Shown here: in pieces, positions 1 to 8,101 of the stretch
How the letters are laid out: the number at the start of each line of letters is the position of its first letter
Position numbering within the stretch: position 1 is the stretch's first letter
Source of the DNA: a virus
Lineage: Duplodnaviria > Heunggongvirae > Uroviricota > Caudoviricetes
IMG/VR virus record: IMGVR_UViG_2734482574_000014
Reading direction: 5' to 3' (one strand)
Length of the DNA stretch: 39,870 nt
Notes under the pieces: model-generated
Database searches by the model: none
Seen by the model: the letters and a program-made list of their open reading frames with translations, nothing else
Told to the model about the DNA's origin: nothing
Translations under genes and position numbers: made by a program

Positions 1-459
1 TTATTCAGTCGGCAGTGCTACGCGCCAGGGGAGCAGTTCGCCGACCCGGTTTATCGGCCAGTCGGCTATGACGTCAAGGACATAGCGGAGGTAGCTTTCT
101 GGCTCCACTCCGTTCAGTTTGCACGTCCCGATCAGGCTGTACAGCAGCGCTCCCCGCTCTCCTCCATGATCCGAACCGAAGAACAGGTAGTTTTTGCGGC
201 CCAGACTGACCATCCGCAACGCATTTTCAGCGATGTTATTGTCCGCCTCAGCCCAGCCATCATCTGCATAGTACGTCAGCGCCGGCCACTGGTTCAGGGC
301 ATATGCGAACGCTTTCGCCAGTTCTGAGTGTCGCGACAGGGTTTTCATCTTTTCACGCAGCCAGCTTTCCAGGGATTTCAGCAGCGGTTTCGTTTTCAAC
401 TGACGTTCGGCAAGGCGCTGTTTCAGCAGGAAGATGTCGTCAGAAGAGATGTCGTTCAT
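1..459 (-). pseudogene. tnpC: IS66-family transposase TnpC, C-terminal ~150 aa only; 5' two-thirds of gene absent
   Basis: Product ...YADDGWAEADNNIAENALR...NYLFFGSDHGGERGALLYSLIGTCKLNGVEPESYLRYVLD... resembles conserved C-terminal region of IS66 transposases (from memory); in-frame stop at 508-510 limits upstream extent. Confidence 0.8.
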
Positions 460-555
460 AAGCCCGTATTTTACCGGGCTTATTCTGTGACAACCAGGAT
501 AAAGAGATTTACAGCATGGTCAGGGAGGTCAGCAGCCGCTTAGGCTGTCTATAGC

Positions 556-640
556 GCGGCGATTTTTTTGATACCGATTTGCATTTCATTTGATACCGCT
601 GAAAAACGCCGATACGCAACTTATTTGATACTAAATCGGC
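556..640. repeat. Prophage right end (attR side): terminal inverted repeat region with three TTTGATAC(CG) motifs at 567-574, 588-596, 623-631 (candidate transposase sites R1-R3)
   Basis: Motif is the reverse complement of GTATCAAA repeated three times at the opposite end (39011-39166); ~20 bp terminal match GGCGATTTTTTTGATACCGA vs GGTGAATCATTTGATACCGA. Confidence 0.6.
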
Positions 641-677
641 GCTTTTCTTTTGAGTTTTAGAATGAGTTTTTAAGCGT

Positions 678-1415
678 TCATTCACTCTCTTTCAAACCAG
701 TTTTAACTGTTTGTGGTTTTGGGTAAGGCTGGACTTTGAATAGCTTTGTGTTAAGGCGTTTTCTGGCTCTCTTGTCCAGAAACCGGATGTAACGAAACTG
801 ACGGAATTTATGAACACTGGCTCTGTCGATATTAGCCCGCAGATGTTCACCTCGCTGTCCTCCTCGTTTGATTGCATTCTTGCAAATCTCGTGATACCAC
901 TCGCCATCAAGTTCATAGAATGTTGTTTCATGACTGCCTACATAATCAAAATTGCTTGCCTGGTACACGACACCAAGACAGCCACAACGCTCATCTGCAA
1001 ACGACTGAACCCACTGCACCTGCGGATAAAGTTGTCTGATTAGTTTGAGCGCGTAACTGATTGCCCTTGATTCGGAGTTTCTCGGCATACAGTCATGCAG
1101 CCATAACCGGTTAAGCTCCATATATTCGCGGTTCTGCGTGCCAGTTACGACGCGTGCACCATTGTTTGGATTAAGGGCATAACCCCATTGCATTACGCCA
1201 ACCAGCTCCCGTTCTGAAAATATGCCCAGATGAAGGTAGGAATTATTTACGAAACGATGGCTGTAATGTTTATTGACGACGACCAGCCGGGCCAGCCAGC
1301 AACTTATTGTCTCAACCCGTAACTCACGGGAGCCATAACCGACGATATTGTCGTTATAGTGAATAAGTTCAGGCGTGCTGATGATACGGGATGTAACTTG
1401 CTTTCTGTTCCCCAC
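678..1415 (-). CDS. mom: Mom-like DNA modification protein; start uncertain (frame open to 1610, candidate GTG at 1415 after AAGGA)
   Basis: Position immediately downstream of and overlapping a Com-like zinc-finger gene at the prophage right end, as in Mu com-mom; size ~245 aa; GNAT-like R-x-G-x-L-G patch (ERCGCLG). Confidence 0.5.
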   Translation of the reverse strand: MGNRKQVTSRIISTPELIHYNDNIVGYGSRELRVETISCWLARLVVVNKHYSHRFVNNSYLHLGIFSERELVGVMQWGYALNPNNGARVVTGTQNREYMELNRLWLHDCMPRNSESRAISYALKLIRQLYPQVQWVQSFADERCGCLGVVYQASNFDYVGSHETTFYELDGEWYHEICKNAIKRGGQRGEHLRANIDRASVHKFRQFRYIRFLDKRARKRLNTKLFKVQPYPKPQTVKTGLKESE

Positions 1416-1569
1416 GACAGGATTTCCTTGTGTATGTGGGGTGCTCTGTGGCGCTCTGAGATGTGATTTGATTGAGGGTTTTACAGCGCGGACATTTAAC
1501 TTCCAGATAACTGAAGCTGGCTCGTGCCAGTAGCTTGTTACAATGTCGGCACCGTATGTTTCGATACAT
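1369..1569 (-). CDS. com: Com-like zinc-finger translational activator
   Basis: Product contains [10 protein letters not shown]...EVKCPRCK, closely resembling Mu Com (IRCKNCNKLL...EIRCPRCK, from memory); 3' end overlaps the mom frame; real start taken at internal Met (track ORF 1369..1614). Confidence 0.75.
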   Translation of the reverse strand: MYRNIRCRHCNKLLARASFSYLEVKCPRCKTLNQITSQSATEHPTYTRKSCRGEQKASYIPYHQHA

Positions 1570-1610
1570 GGCCGCATAACCTCCTGCTTTGTTGTTGATA
1601 TCTTTATCAC

Positions 1611-1825
1611 TCAATCGATCGACAAAAACGATCGATTTGATTTATTTAATTGATACAACAAATAACACGAAATGTCATTAGCGAAAATTTATGAGTTTGA
1701 TCACTAATTTTAAACGGTGCTGTAACGCATAAGTGCTGAATGATTGTACATTTGAATACCGCAAAGCAAACAAATCAACTAATTTATAGAAGTCAATTGG
1801 TTAATTGCCAGCGTAAGAGGCTGCT
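1611..1825. promoter_or_regulatory. AT-rich divergent control region upstream of com/mom (minus) and ORF 1826..2119 (plus), with GATC sites at 1617-1620, 1630-1633, 1699-1702
   Basis: Sequence ATCGATCGACAAAAACGATCGAT seen directly; Mu mom promoter is known to be controlled by Dam methylation of clustered GATC sites. Confidence 0.3.
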
Positions 1826-2119
1826 ATGGACAATCATGTAACGACGAGAAATCGAAAAATGATTGAAAATGCGGAAATCTATAATGATTATTTTTCCGAT
1901 TATTCAGATGCCTGCAAATACAGTTCGAGTGCGGGAGAGTTCATATGCTTCAACTTTTTTATTAAATCTTATGTTTTTCCTCCACAGCAAGAAGATGGAG
2001 GTGTGCCACCTCCTGAAATCACTTTGCACCGTATAGCCTCCGTCTCAATGATGGAGCAACAGGCTAATGAGCTGTATAGCATTCTGGGAACGATTCTACA
2101 AAAGCGTGAATCGGACTAA
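1826..2119 (+). CDS. hypothetical protein, 97 aa, in AT-rich DNA
   Basis: ORF with AAGAGG Shine-Dalgarno ~7 nt upstream of ATG; opposite strand to phage backbone; no recognisable motif. Confidence 0.45.
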   Translation: MDNHVTTRNRKMIENAEIYNDYFSDYSDACKYSSSAGEFICFNFFIKSYVFPPQQEDGGVPPPEITLHRIASVSMMEQQANELYSILGTILQKRESD

Positions 2120-2286
2120 TGATACCGGTTCATTTGCCTGCCCGGATGGGGAAGCAGGATTGACTGCTCCATAAGCAGCTATATTTCTGAATACGAAATA
2201 CTATCCAGCGATTACATATGGCTGGATAGCGGCAAAGATGTTTTCATTAGTGTCAAACCGGCAGAGGACACCACCGGTTTGTATTG

Positions 2287-2541
2287 TTACATCATGGTAC
2301 TGTCAGTTCCGGGCTGAGCCGGGTCTGGTTGCTCTGGCTGCGCGTCGGTTTTCGGCTCATTATCAGCATCACTGGCCGCAACTGCTGGCCCAATAAGTTT
2401 TGCCAGCACTTCATCAACGTAAGTGTCGATTTGTGCCTCAAAATCCTTGCGGACCTGCGCTTTCAGCAACTTATTTACTTCACCGGAATACAGTGCCTGT
2501 TTTACCAGGTCTTCAGTGACGGTGCCTTTAATTTCTGGCAT
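2287..2541 (-). CDS. hypothetical acidic protein, 84 aa
   Basis: ATG preceded by strong AAGGAGG RBS (spacing ~7). Confidence 0.6.
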   Translation of the reverse strand: MPEIKGTVTEDLVKQALYSGEVNKLLKAQVRKDFEAQIDTYVDEVLAKLIGPAVAASDADNEPKTDAQPEQPDPAQPGTDSTMM

Positions 2542-2576
2542 GTATATCCTCCTTATGCGGGAATAAAGCCCTGCAA

Positions 2577-2759
2577 TCAGGGCTGGGTCGGGTCTTTTGG
2601 GAGCGGAGTTACCTGCGCTGTTTTACTGAGTTTTTCAGCTGCTGCGTCCTCAATTTTGCGGCGAACATAATTTCTGATGGCCTTATAACCACCACTCACC
2701 AGATATAACGCACATACTGCCGTGCAGAAATACAATAAAATAAGCTGTAAAAATGTCAT
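2577..2759 (-). CDS. small single-pass membrane protein, ~60 aa (start moved to ATG at 2759)
   Basis: GGGAGG RBS before ATG at 2757-2759; hydrophobic stretch LQLILLYFCTAVCALYLVSGG followed by basic tail. Confidence 0.6.
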   Translation of the reverse strand: MTFLQLILLYFCTAVCALYLVSGGYKAIRNYVRRKIEDAAAEKLSKTAQVTPLPKDPTQP

Positions 2760-2855
2760 TATCCCTCCCAATTATTGACATGGTGTTGACACCGGTAATA
2801 TCTGTTAGGTAAAAAGGTGCACTGCATTTTTTGCTTTGGATATAACGATCTTTTT

Positions 2856-2898
2856 GCCGCCGGTTTCTTGTTTTCCCTTACCGGCGGCATTTTTTTAT
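2856..2898 (+). terminator. rho-independent terminator, functional on plus strand
   Basis: Perfect 9-bp stem GCCGCCGGT/ACCGGCGGC (2856-2864, 2880-2888) with 15-nt loop followed by ATTTTTTTAT; on the minus strand the stem is followed by an A-tract, so termination is strand-specific. Confidence 0.55.
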
Positions 2899-2903
2899 CC
2901 TGC

Positions 2904-4958
2904 TTACGCGTTATTCACTTCCACCACGATACTGTCAATCAGTACCGGGTAAGTCGCATTTTTAGTGATATCGGTCACGCGCAACTTGTCTGCCGTAAAC
3001 GTGCCGACCGGAGACTGCGACAGCATGAATGGTGTCCCGTCCTTACCATCAATGACCGGCGTCACCTCAATACTGTTGTTACCGGCAAAACGGAAGCCCA
3101 GCGTATGCCATTCGTTATTAAATGCGCCGAATGACCCCAGCTTCGTGTTCTGCGCCGTGTTTCCTTTGTGATACATCACGTTAAGGTCTGTGGCATCGCT
3201 CTGTACGTAGAACGATGCCAGCAGGTTATGACCGGCATTTCCTTCCAGAGTAACCCCTTGCGGCAGGGCAGAAACCGGCCAGTACAGCGCCAGTGCGTAC
3301 TGATTAGCCGTAAGCGCGCCATCGAGTTTAAAACGACAACTGACAAGACCACCTTTACCCAGCAGGTCCGCACCATTACCAGCATCATGCTCAAGGTACC
3401 AGGGGGCTCTTCCTGTTTCCTTGGTCAGTTTCATTGCCTTACCCCCGCTGGCTCCGGCATCATCCACGATTTGAGCCTTGCCACCTCCGGCAGCCCAACC
3501 CTGTGGTGTCAACCGTCCTTCAGACTCAGATGCCCGGTAAGCAAATAGCGTACTCATCGTCGTGGTGTCTGCGGGTGGCGTGGACGGTTTTGATGGTGTA
3601 TCAGGTGACGGCTTCTCATCCGGTGGTGTCACGGTCTGCCCACGCATCAGTTCAGCCGTGCGCCCTGCATGGAGCATAATAGCTGAGGCCAGACGGTCTG
3701 AAATGACGCCCCTGCGTGCCCATGAGCTGAAATGGCTGTCACGCTGTGTCGAAACAAAACTGCCCTGGGTTCGGGATGCTGCACCGTAATACCCGACAGC
3801 CACAATATCCGGGTCTTCCGCCGGAGCATTCGTTGGCGTGCTCTGTCCATTCTCATCCGTCAGGAACGGTACAAAGAAAATTTTCTGTGCTTCCTTGCCT
3901 TTGTAGCCACCGTATACTGCCTCATATTTATCGGTGCCAGCGTTTTTCCAGTAATACGTGGTATCACCGCAAATCCACGGCACCGTGGTGGCATTTCCAC
4001 TCACGCACTGCGCAGCAAGCGGAGCCAGGTCAGTTCTGAACTGCTGAACCATGGCCGTGAATAAACTATTATGCTGCTGGCTTCCTGAGGCAAGGTCTGC
4101 CTCTCCCTGCATCCAGACCACAGCCAGAAGTTTGTTTTTCGGGTTTTTCGCCAGCGCGACTTTGGTGCGGCTTACCAGGTCCTGATACAGAGGTTTACCG
4201 GCCCCCCAGCGTGAAGAATCAGCGGAAGCACCGCTGGCCTCACTGAATGAGCCGTCGGCTCCAGTGGTGAATGCTGACCCGCCACGACAACAGGGCACCA
4301 GAAGTATCCCGGCATTCTGTGGGATATAGGGAAGCAGTTTTTTGGCAATATGCAACCCCTGACCGACAGTCCCGTACTGGCCTTTTGCCAGATCAGCTTT
4401 CGGGTGGTTTATCCCGCTCATATCCTGAACATCATGCAGGCAGTGGTCTGCCGGAATGATGTCGTTGTATGTACACGACGTACCGTTGGGCGTTACCGTA
4501 CTGCGGCGTGCCAGTTGCTTAATGCGTGGGTCCGGGCGGTCAAACGAATCCGGTAACGGCAGCCCCTCGCCGTAGGCCATGCCATTTGACTGACCCGCGA
4601 GAATGACAACAAAGTAATATTCCGGCTCTGAACTGCTGCCATTCGTGCTACCGGAAGGCCCGGCGTTATCCGGTGCATTCCAGTCGGAGGGCGTGAGCGT
4701 TCCGGCCACGTCAGATGTGATTGGAATGATGCCAGTCACGCCTGAACTGGTGATTTCTGCACTGGGATTACCGGATACCGGCATTACCCATAATGGCTCT
4801 TTCGTGCTGAAGCGGATCACGCAGTCTGCGAAGGTGATCCCCCCTTTATTACCCGAAGGGCGGAAAGGGCTTTCAATAAATGCCACCGTGCCACCGGCAA
4901 CCTTGACTGAAAACTCTCCGGGCATGGCGGAGAGCATTTTCCACTTGGAGTCTGACAT
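2904..4958 (-). CDS. multidomain carbohydrate esterase: SGNH/SASA-type (sialate O-acetylesterase-like) catalytic domain, Pro/Thr-rich linker, C-terminal putative carbohydrate-binding domain (684 aa)
   Basis: Motifs ILAGQSNGMAYGEG (GQSN block) and VVWMQGEADLA (QGE-D block) typical of SASA/SGNH esterases; linker TPPDEKPSPDTPSKPSTPPADTTT; architecture recalls prophage NanS-p esterases of enterobacteria (from memory). Confidence 0.7.
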   Translation of the reverse strand: MSDSKWKMLSAMPGEFSVKVAGGTVAFIESPFRPSGNKGGITFADCVIRFSTKEPLWVMPVSGNPSAEITSSGVTGIIPITSDVAGTLTPSDWNAPDNAGPSGSTNGSSSEPEYYFVVILAGQSNGMAYGEGLPLPDSFDRPDPRIKQLARRSTVTPNGTSCTYNDIIPADHCLHDVQDMSGINHPKADLAKGQYGTVGQGLHIAKKLLPYIPQNAGILLVPCCRGGSAFTTGADGSFSEASGASADSSRWGAGKPLYQDLVSRTKVALAKNPKNKLLAVVWMQGEADLASGSQQHNSLFTAMVQQFRTDLAPLAAQCVSGNATTVPWICGDTTYYWKNAGTDKYEAVYGGYKGKEAQKIFFVPFLTDENGQSTPTNAPAEDPDIVAVGYYGAASRTQGSFVSTQRDSHFSSWARRGVISDRLASAIMLHAGRTAELMRGQTVTPPDEKPSPDTPSKPSTPPADTTTMSTLFAYRASESEGRLTPQGWAAGGGKAQIVDDAGASGGKAMKLTKETGRAPWYLEHDAGNGADLLGKGGLVSCRFKLDGALTANQYALALYWPVSALPQGVTLEGNAGHNLLASFYVQSDATDLNVMYHKGNTAQNTKLGSFGAFNNEWHTLGFRFAGNNSIEVTPVIDGKDGTPFMLSQSPVGTFTADKLRVTDITKNATYPVLIDSIVVEVNNA

Positions 4959-5043
4959 CGTCTTTTCTGCCTGTTTCTGAATTAAACAGAGTCAGAATAG
5001 CGACCGCTGAAAAATATGTGTTTTGCGGAAATTCAAAAAAGCG

Positions 5044-5616
5044 TCACGGTACTTTTGGTGACGGAGCTGGTGAGGCAGGAAAATAACGATAAAGGGTGGA
5101 AAGGCCAATATCAAATATCAGTGCGATTTGTTTACGGGACTCGCCATTAGCCAGCAAACGGGCGATTTGCTCCCGCTCTTTCTCTGTCAGTTTCTGAGGT
5201 CTGCCGCCATGACGCCCCTGAGCACGGGCAGCAGCAAGACCCGCGCGTGTACGTTCAATAATGAGTTCCCGCTCCATTTCCGCCAGCGCGCCCATTATAT
5301 GGAAAAAGAAACGTCCCATGGGAGTGGATGTATCAATATTGTCCGTAATGCTGCGGAAGTTAACGCCGCGTTGCCGGAGTTCTTCTGTTAAAAGGACAAG
5401 GTGCTGCATACTGCGTCCAAGGCGATCCAGTTTCCAGACCAGCAGGGTATCCCCTGGCCGGAGTCGCTTTAATGCGCGTTTAAGTCCGGGACGCTCCCTT
5501 GTCTTACCGCTTATTCTGTCTTCGAAAAACAGCTCACATCCTGCACATTCCAGCGCATTTCTTTGTAGCGCCGTATTCTGGTCATTTGTTGACACCCTGA
5601 TATACCCAATCAGCAT
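5044..5616 (-). CDS. gin: serine DNA invertase (Gin/Hin/Pin/Cin family)
   Basis: N-terminus MLIGYIRVSTNDQN...GDTLLVWKLDRLGRS...MGRFFFH(I/V)MGALAEMERELIIERT is near-identical in pattern to Mu Gin (from memory); adjacent to invertible fibre segment. Confidence 0.9.
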   Translation of the reverse strand: MLIGYIRVSTNDQNTALQRNALECAGCELFFEDRISGKTRERPGLKRALKRLRPGDTLLVWKLDRLGRSMQHLVLLTEELRQRGVNFRSITDNIDTSTPMGRFFFHIMGALAEMERELIIERTRAGLAAARAQGRHGGRPQKLTEKEREQIARLLANGESRKQIALIFDIGLSTLYRYFPASPAPSPKVP

Positions 5617-5681
5617 ACGATTTCCTTATTATAAAAAGCCGGAATTGTCGCATGAGGAATAAAACAGAGTTAATCCTGGCT

Positions 5682-5707
5682 TTCCTGAAAACCTCGGTTT
5701 ACGGGAA
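5682..5707. other. gix-like inversion crossover site (invertase-proximal): TTCCTGAAAACC-TC-GGTTTACGGGAA
   Basis: 26-bp imperfect palindrome resembling Mu gix / Salmonella hix sites; central TC dinucleotide matches inverted GA core of site at 6999..7024. Confidence 0.6.
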
Positions 5708-5821
5708 ACGGTAAACAGGGCGGCGAATGCCCTGCCATCGGACGGCACCGCCGTTGCCGCGAACAGGCTGGCAAATGCCCACACAATTAATGGTGTTCCC
5801 TTTGACGGGACGCAGGATATC
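5694..5821. repeat. inverted repeat copy B (~125 bp) bounding the invertible segment
   Basis: 5696-5765 is ~68/70 identical to reverse complement of 6941-7012; both copies encode [25 protein letters not shown]...[12 protein letters not shown]. Confidence 0.8.
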
Positions 5822-6046
5822 ACTATCTCATCAGGAACAGTAACCGCCATAAGACTGGGGTCGGTGACCGCACATATGCCCGGAACATGGGAAAGCTGGG
5901 ATCTGAATCTGGGGGGCGGCAATGTTCTTACCGGAATTAAAGTACAGGATGTCGGTAAGAATACGGCAGATAACGTCGGCGGCGTGTATTACCGGCCGTT
6001 GCAGTATCTGTTAAATGGAGCATGGGTGACGGCTGCAAGTATATAA
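5696..6046 (+). other. promoterless alternative tail-fibre C-terminal cassette (Sv'-like), silent in this orientation
   Basis: Plus-strand frame encodes [16 protein letters not shown]...YYRPLQYLLNGAWVTAASI, sharing the conserved block and a similar tip with the expressed fibre C-terminus (...[19 protein letters not shown]); no start codon or RBS at its 5' end. Confidence 0.7.
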
Positions 6047-6055
6047 TGATATTCA

Positions 6056-6073
6056 GAAGGCCTTCCGGCCTTC
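6056..6073. terminator. hairpin between convergent Sv' cassette and chaperone gene (GAAGGCC-TTCC-GGCCTTC), followed by TTTATTA on plus strand
   Basis: 7-bp perfect stem seen directly; weak U-tract. Confidence 0.35.
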
Positions 6074-6077
6074 TTTA

Positions 6078-6599
6078 TTACTGTGGCTGCTCAGGCCATT
6101 TAATGGCGTTAAATTCAGCTTCTGTTTTAATGGCGGGTAGTTCCATTTTCTTCACCTGACTGATGTATGCCATCCATTGGGTAAGTGCTGCTCTGTCTTC
6201 ATCGCTGATGGTGCCCAGTTGTAGCTCCGTTCTCCAGTCATTAATTTTTTCATATGCCTGATTAAGATATGACTGGCGCATTGCTTCCAGTTTTCTTGCG
6301 TAGTTAACCGGAATACGGGAGATTATGCCATTATCAAACTTCCAGTTTCCTGAAATATCCGTGCCTTCAGGGAGTTCATCGACCTCAACCACAGAAAACC
6401 CCGCAGGATACAGCGCCGAGGCGTCCTGTGATATTGAGCAGATAACGCCGCTGTCAGGTGTTATGCAAAGTTTATATTTTTTGGTGAATAATGGCAGGGA
6501 TTCGTAGAAATCCTTACCATCTTCACTCTGGAAATACTGAACATTATTACCATATGGCATATTTTCAGGATAATAACGGGTTATATTTTTTAGTTCCAT
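6078..6599 (-). CDS. tail fibre assembly chaperone (Mu U / Tfa-like)
   Basis: Immediately downstream of tail fibre gene, inside invertible segment; size ~170 aa; typical Tfa-like composition. Confidence 0.75.
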   Translation of the reverse strand: MELKNITRYYPENMPYGNNVQYFQSEDGKDFYESLPLFTKKYKLCITPDSGVICSISQDASALYPAGFSVVEVDELPEGTDISGNWKFDNGIISRIPVNYARKLEAMRQSYLNQAYEKINDWRTELQLGTISDEDRAALTQWMAYISQVKKMELPAIKTEAEFNAIKWPEQPQ

Positions 6600-6650
6600 A
6601 AAATCCTCCTGGAAATAAATCTGTTTTAAAATATATTATTTACTGACTAT

Positions 6651-7541
6651 TTATAACTGAGATACCGTAATCCATGTACCTCCGACTAATTTTTGCAGGG
6701 GTCTGAATGCTATAAAATCGTTTGAAGCATCAACTTTACTGTCAATCTGCAGGCCTGCCATAACATTACCGTACGCAGAGTAATATGCCCCACCGTACAT
6801 TACCTGCCTGTTCTCTGCTCCCAGCCTGATATCCTGGATATATCGGGAATCCGCATCCTGCTGTGTTATACCAGAAGTGATGTTTATGTCCTGCGTCCCG
6901 TCAAAGGGAACCCCATTAATATTTCTTGGGGTGGCGAGTCTATTCGCGGCAACGGCGGTGCCGTCCGATGGCAGAGCATTCGCCGCCCTGTTTACCGTTT
7001 CCCGTAAACCGACGTTATCGATAAAAGCCCCTTTATCCGGAATGTCTGCGCCGTTCTGCTCCCTGCGCAGGTAACGGTTATCACCTTCGCTTTTGCTGTA
7101 AACATCCAGATTATTACGGGCGGTTCCCTTATTCTCCAGGTCGGCGAGATTCTGATCCTTCGCCAGGGCATTAACGTCAGCGGGACCAAGACTGTTTTTT
7201 GTGGCAAGCGTCCCCAGACCAAGATAACCACGGGCCAGACGCTGGGCCTCCGCACCGGCATCAGCAATTTCTTTCAGGTTATTTTTCCGGGAAAAGGCAT
7301 TCGCAGCGATAATGGCTTTAATGGACAGCGTAAGCTGGTTTAACTGCGCCTTATCCGGCTGAATACTGGCTTCAGCCAGAATATTCAGCAGTTCGGCCTG
7401 GAGAATATTCAGCCAGTCCTGACCAATCCAGCTGATACCTTTTTGTCCGTCACCTTCGGTAAACCAGGTGGTGGTATTACTCTGCGCCGGTGCCAGCGCA
7501 GGCATATTCGCCACGCCGGAATTATTATCAACATGAAACAT
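6651..7541 (-). CDS. tail fibre protein (S-like; constant N-terminal part outside, variable C-terminal part inside the invertible segment), currently expressed variant
   Basis: Gene spans crossover site at 6999-7024; C-terminal part duplicated in alternative form on opposite strand. Confidence 0.75.
   Translation of the reverse strand: MFHVDNNSGVANMPALAPAQSNTTTWFTEGDGQKGISWIGQDWLNILQAELLNILAEASIQPDKAQLNQLTLSIKAIIAANAFSRKNNLKEIADAGAEAQRLARGYLGLGTLATKNSLGPADVNALAKDQNLADLENKGTARNNLDVYSKSEGDNRYLRREQNGADIPDKGAFIDNVGLRETVNRAANALPSDGTAVAANRLATPRNINGVPFDGTQDINITSGITQQDADSRYIQDIRLGAENRQVMYGGAYYSAYGNVMAGLQIDSKVDASNDFIAFRPLQKLVGGTWITVSQL
6885..7012. repeat. inverted repeat copy A (~125 bp) bounding the invertible segment
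   Basis: Reverse complement matches 5696-5821 with a short divergent patch. Confidence 0.8.
6999..7024. other. gix-like inversion crossover site (fibre-internal): TTCCCGTAAACC-GA-CGTTATCGATAA
   Basis: Half-sites resemble TTATCNAAAACC-type invertase sites; core GA is the inverse of TC at 5694-5695. Confidence 0.6.
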
Positions 7542-8101
7542 TAAATAGTCTCCTCTTCATGGCTGTTTGCATAAACGTAAATAAACGTCTGCCATGCAGG
7601 CTTATAACGGTTCAGAATACATTCCAGCGCACCGCCTTCATAAATACGCAGCGGCGTGAGAATATCATCCAGCACATTCATATTCCGGTAGCCGGTTTCA
7701 CTGTTAATCGTGACAATACTGACCCACTGCGAATCCGGTGAGGGCTGAATGTCAATCTGATAACCAAACTCCGCCGCAAACCGGATATAAAATTCACGGT
7801 TCAGCGAGGGCTTCATCCGGTATTTATTTCCGGCATAACGCTGTCGCTCCGTGAGGGTGGCTCCGGCCATATCACACTCGGGAAGCCCGAGATAACGCTC
7901 CCAGTCTTCCAGCAGCAGGCGCGACGTGTCAGGGAAACGCTCGGCAAGCAGCTGTTTACCCGTCCAGGATACACGCGCTGTCGAATGACTGAGGCCCAGA
8001 CATAATGATGCCAGTACGGATGACGGACGCTTGTCCCATGCCAGCCCGTCAGGCAGTAACTGCAACAGGGCGCGCTGATGCGGGGTCAGGGTTACAGCCA
8101 T
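7541..8101 (-). CDS. baseplate/tail protein (Mu gp48-like)
   Basis: Position between baseplate J-like gene and tail fibre; ~186 aa. Confidence 0.55.
   Translation of the reverse strand: MAVTLTPHQRALLQLLPDGLAWDKRPSSVLASLCLGLSHSTARVSWTGKQLLAERFPDTSRLLLEDWERYLGLPECDMAGATLTERQRYAGNKYRMKPSLNREFYIRFAAEFGYQIDIQPSPDSQWVSIVTINSETGYRNMNVLDDILTPLRIYEGGALECILNRYKPAWQTFIYVYANSHEEETI

Noticed and set aside
678-1610. 310-aa extended mom ORF
   Set aside because: The upstream part of the frame overlaps the whole com gene in another frame; the likely start is near the com stop (around 1415), giving a Mom-sized product.
2817-3134. Plus-strand ORF 2817..3134
   Set aside because: It starts at a non-ATG codon, runs through the plus-strand terminator hairpin and is antisense to the esterase gene.
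5629-5922. ORF 5629..5922 (minus) and ORF 6877..7074 (plus), which encode similar peptides
   Set aside because: They are mirror translations of the two copies of the inverted repeat flanking the invertible fibre segment, on the strands opposite the real fibre coding frames; no RBS. Their similarity is useful only as evidence for the repeat.
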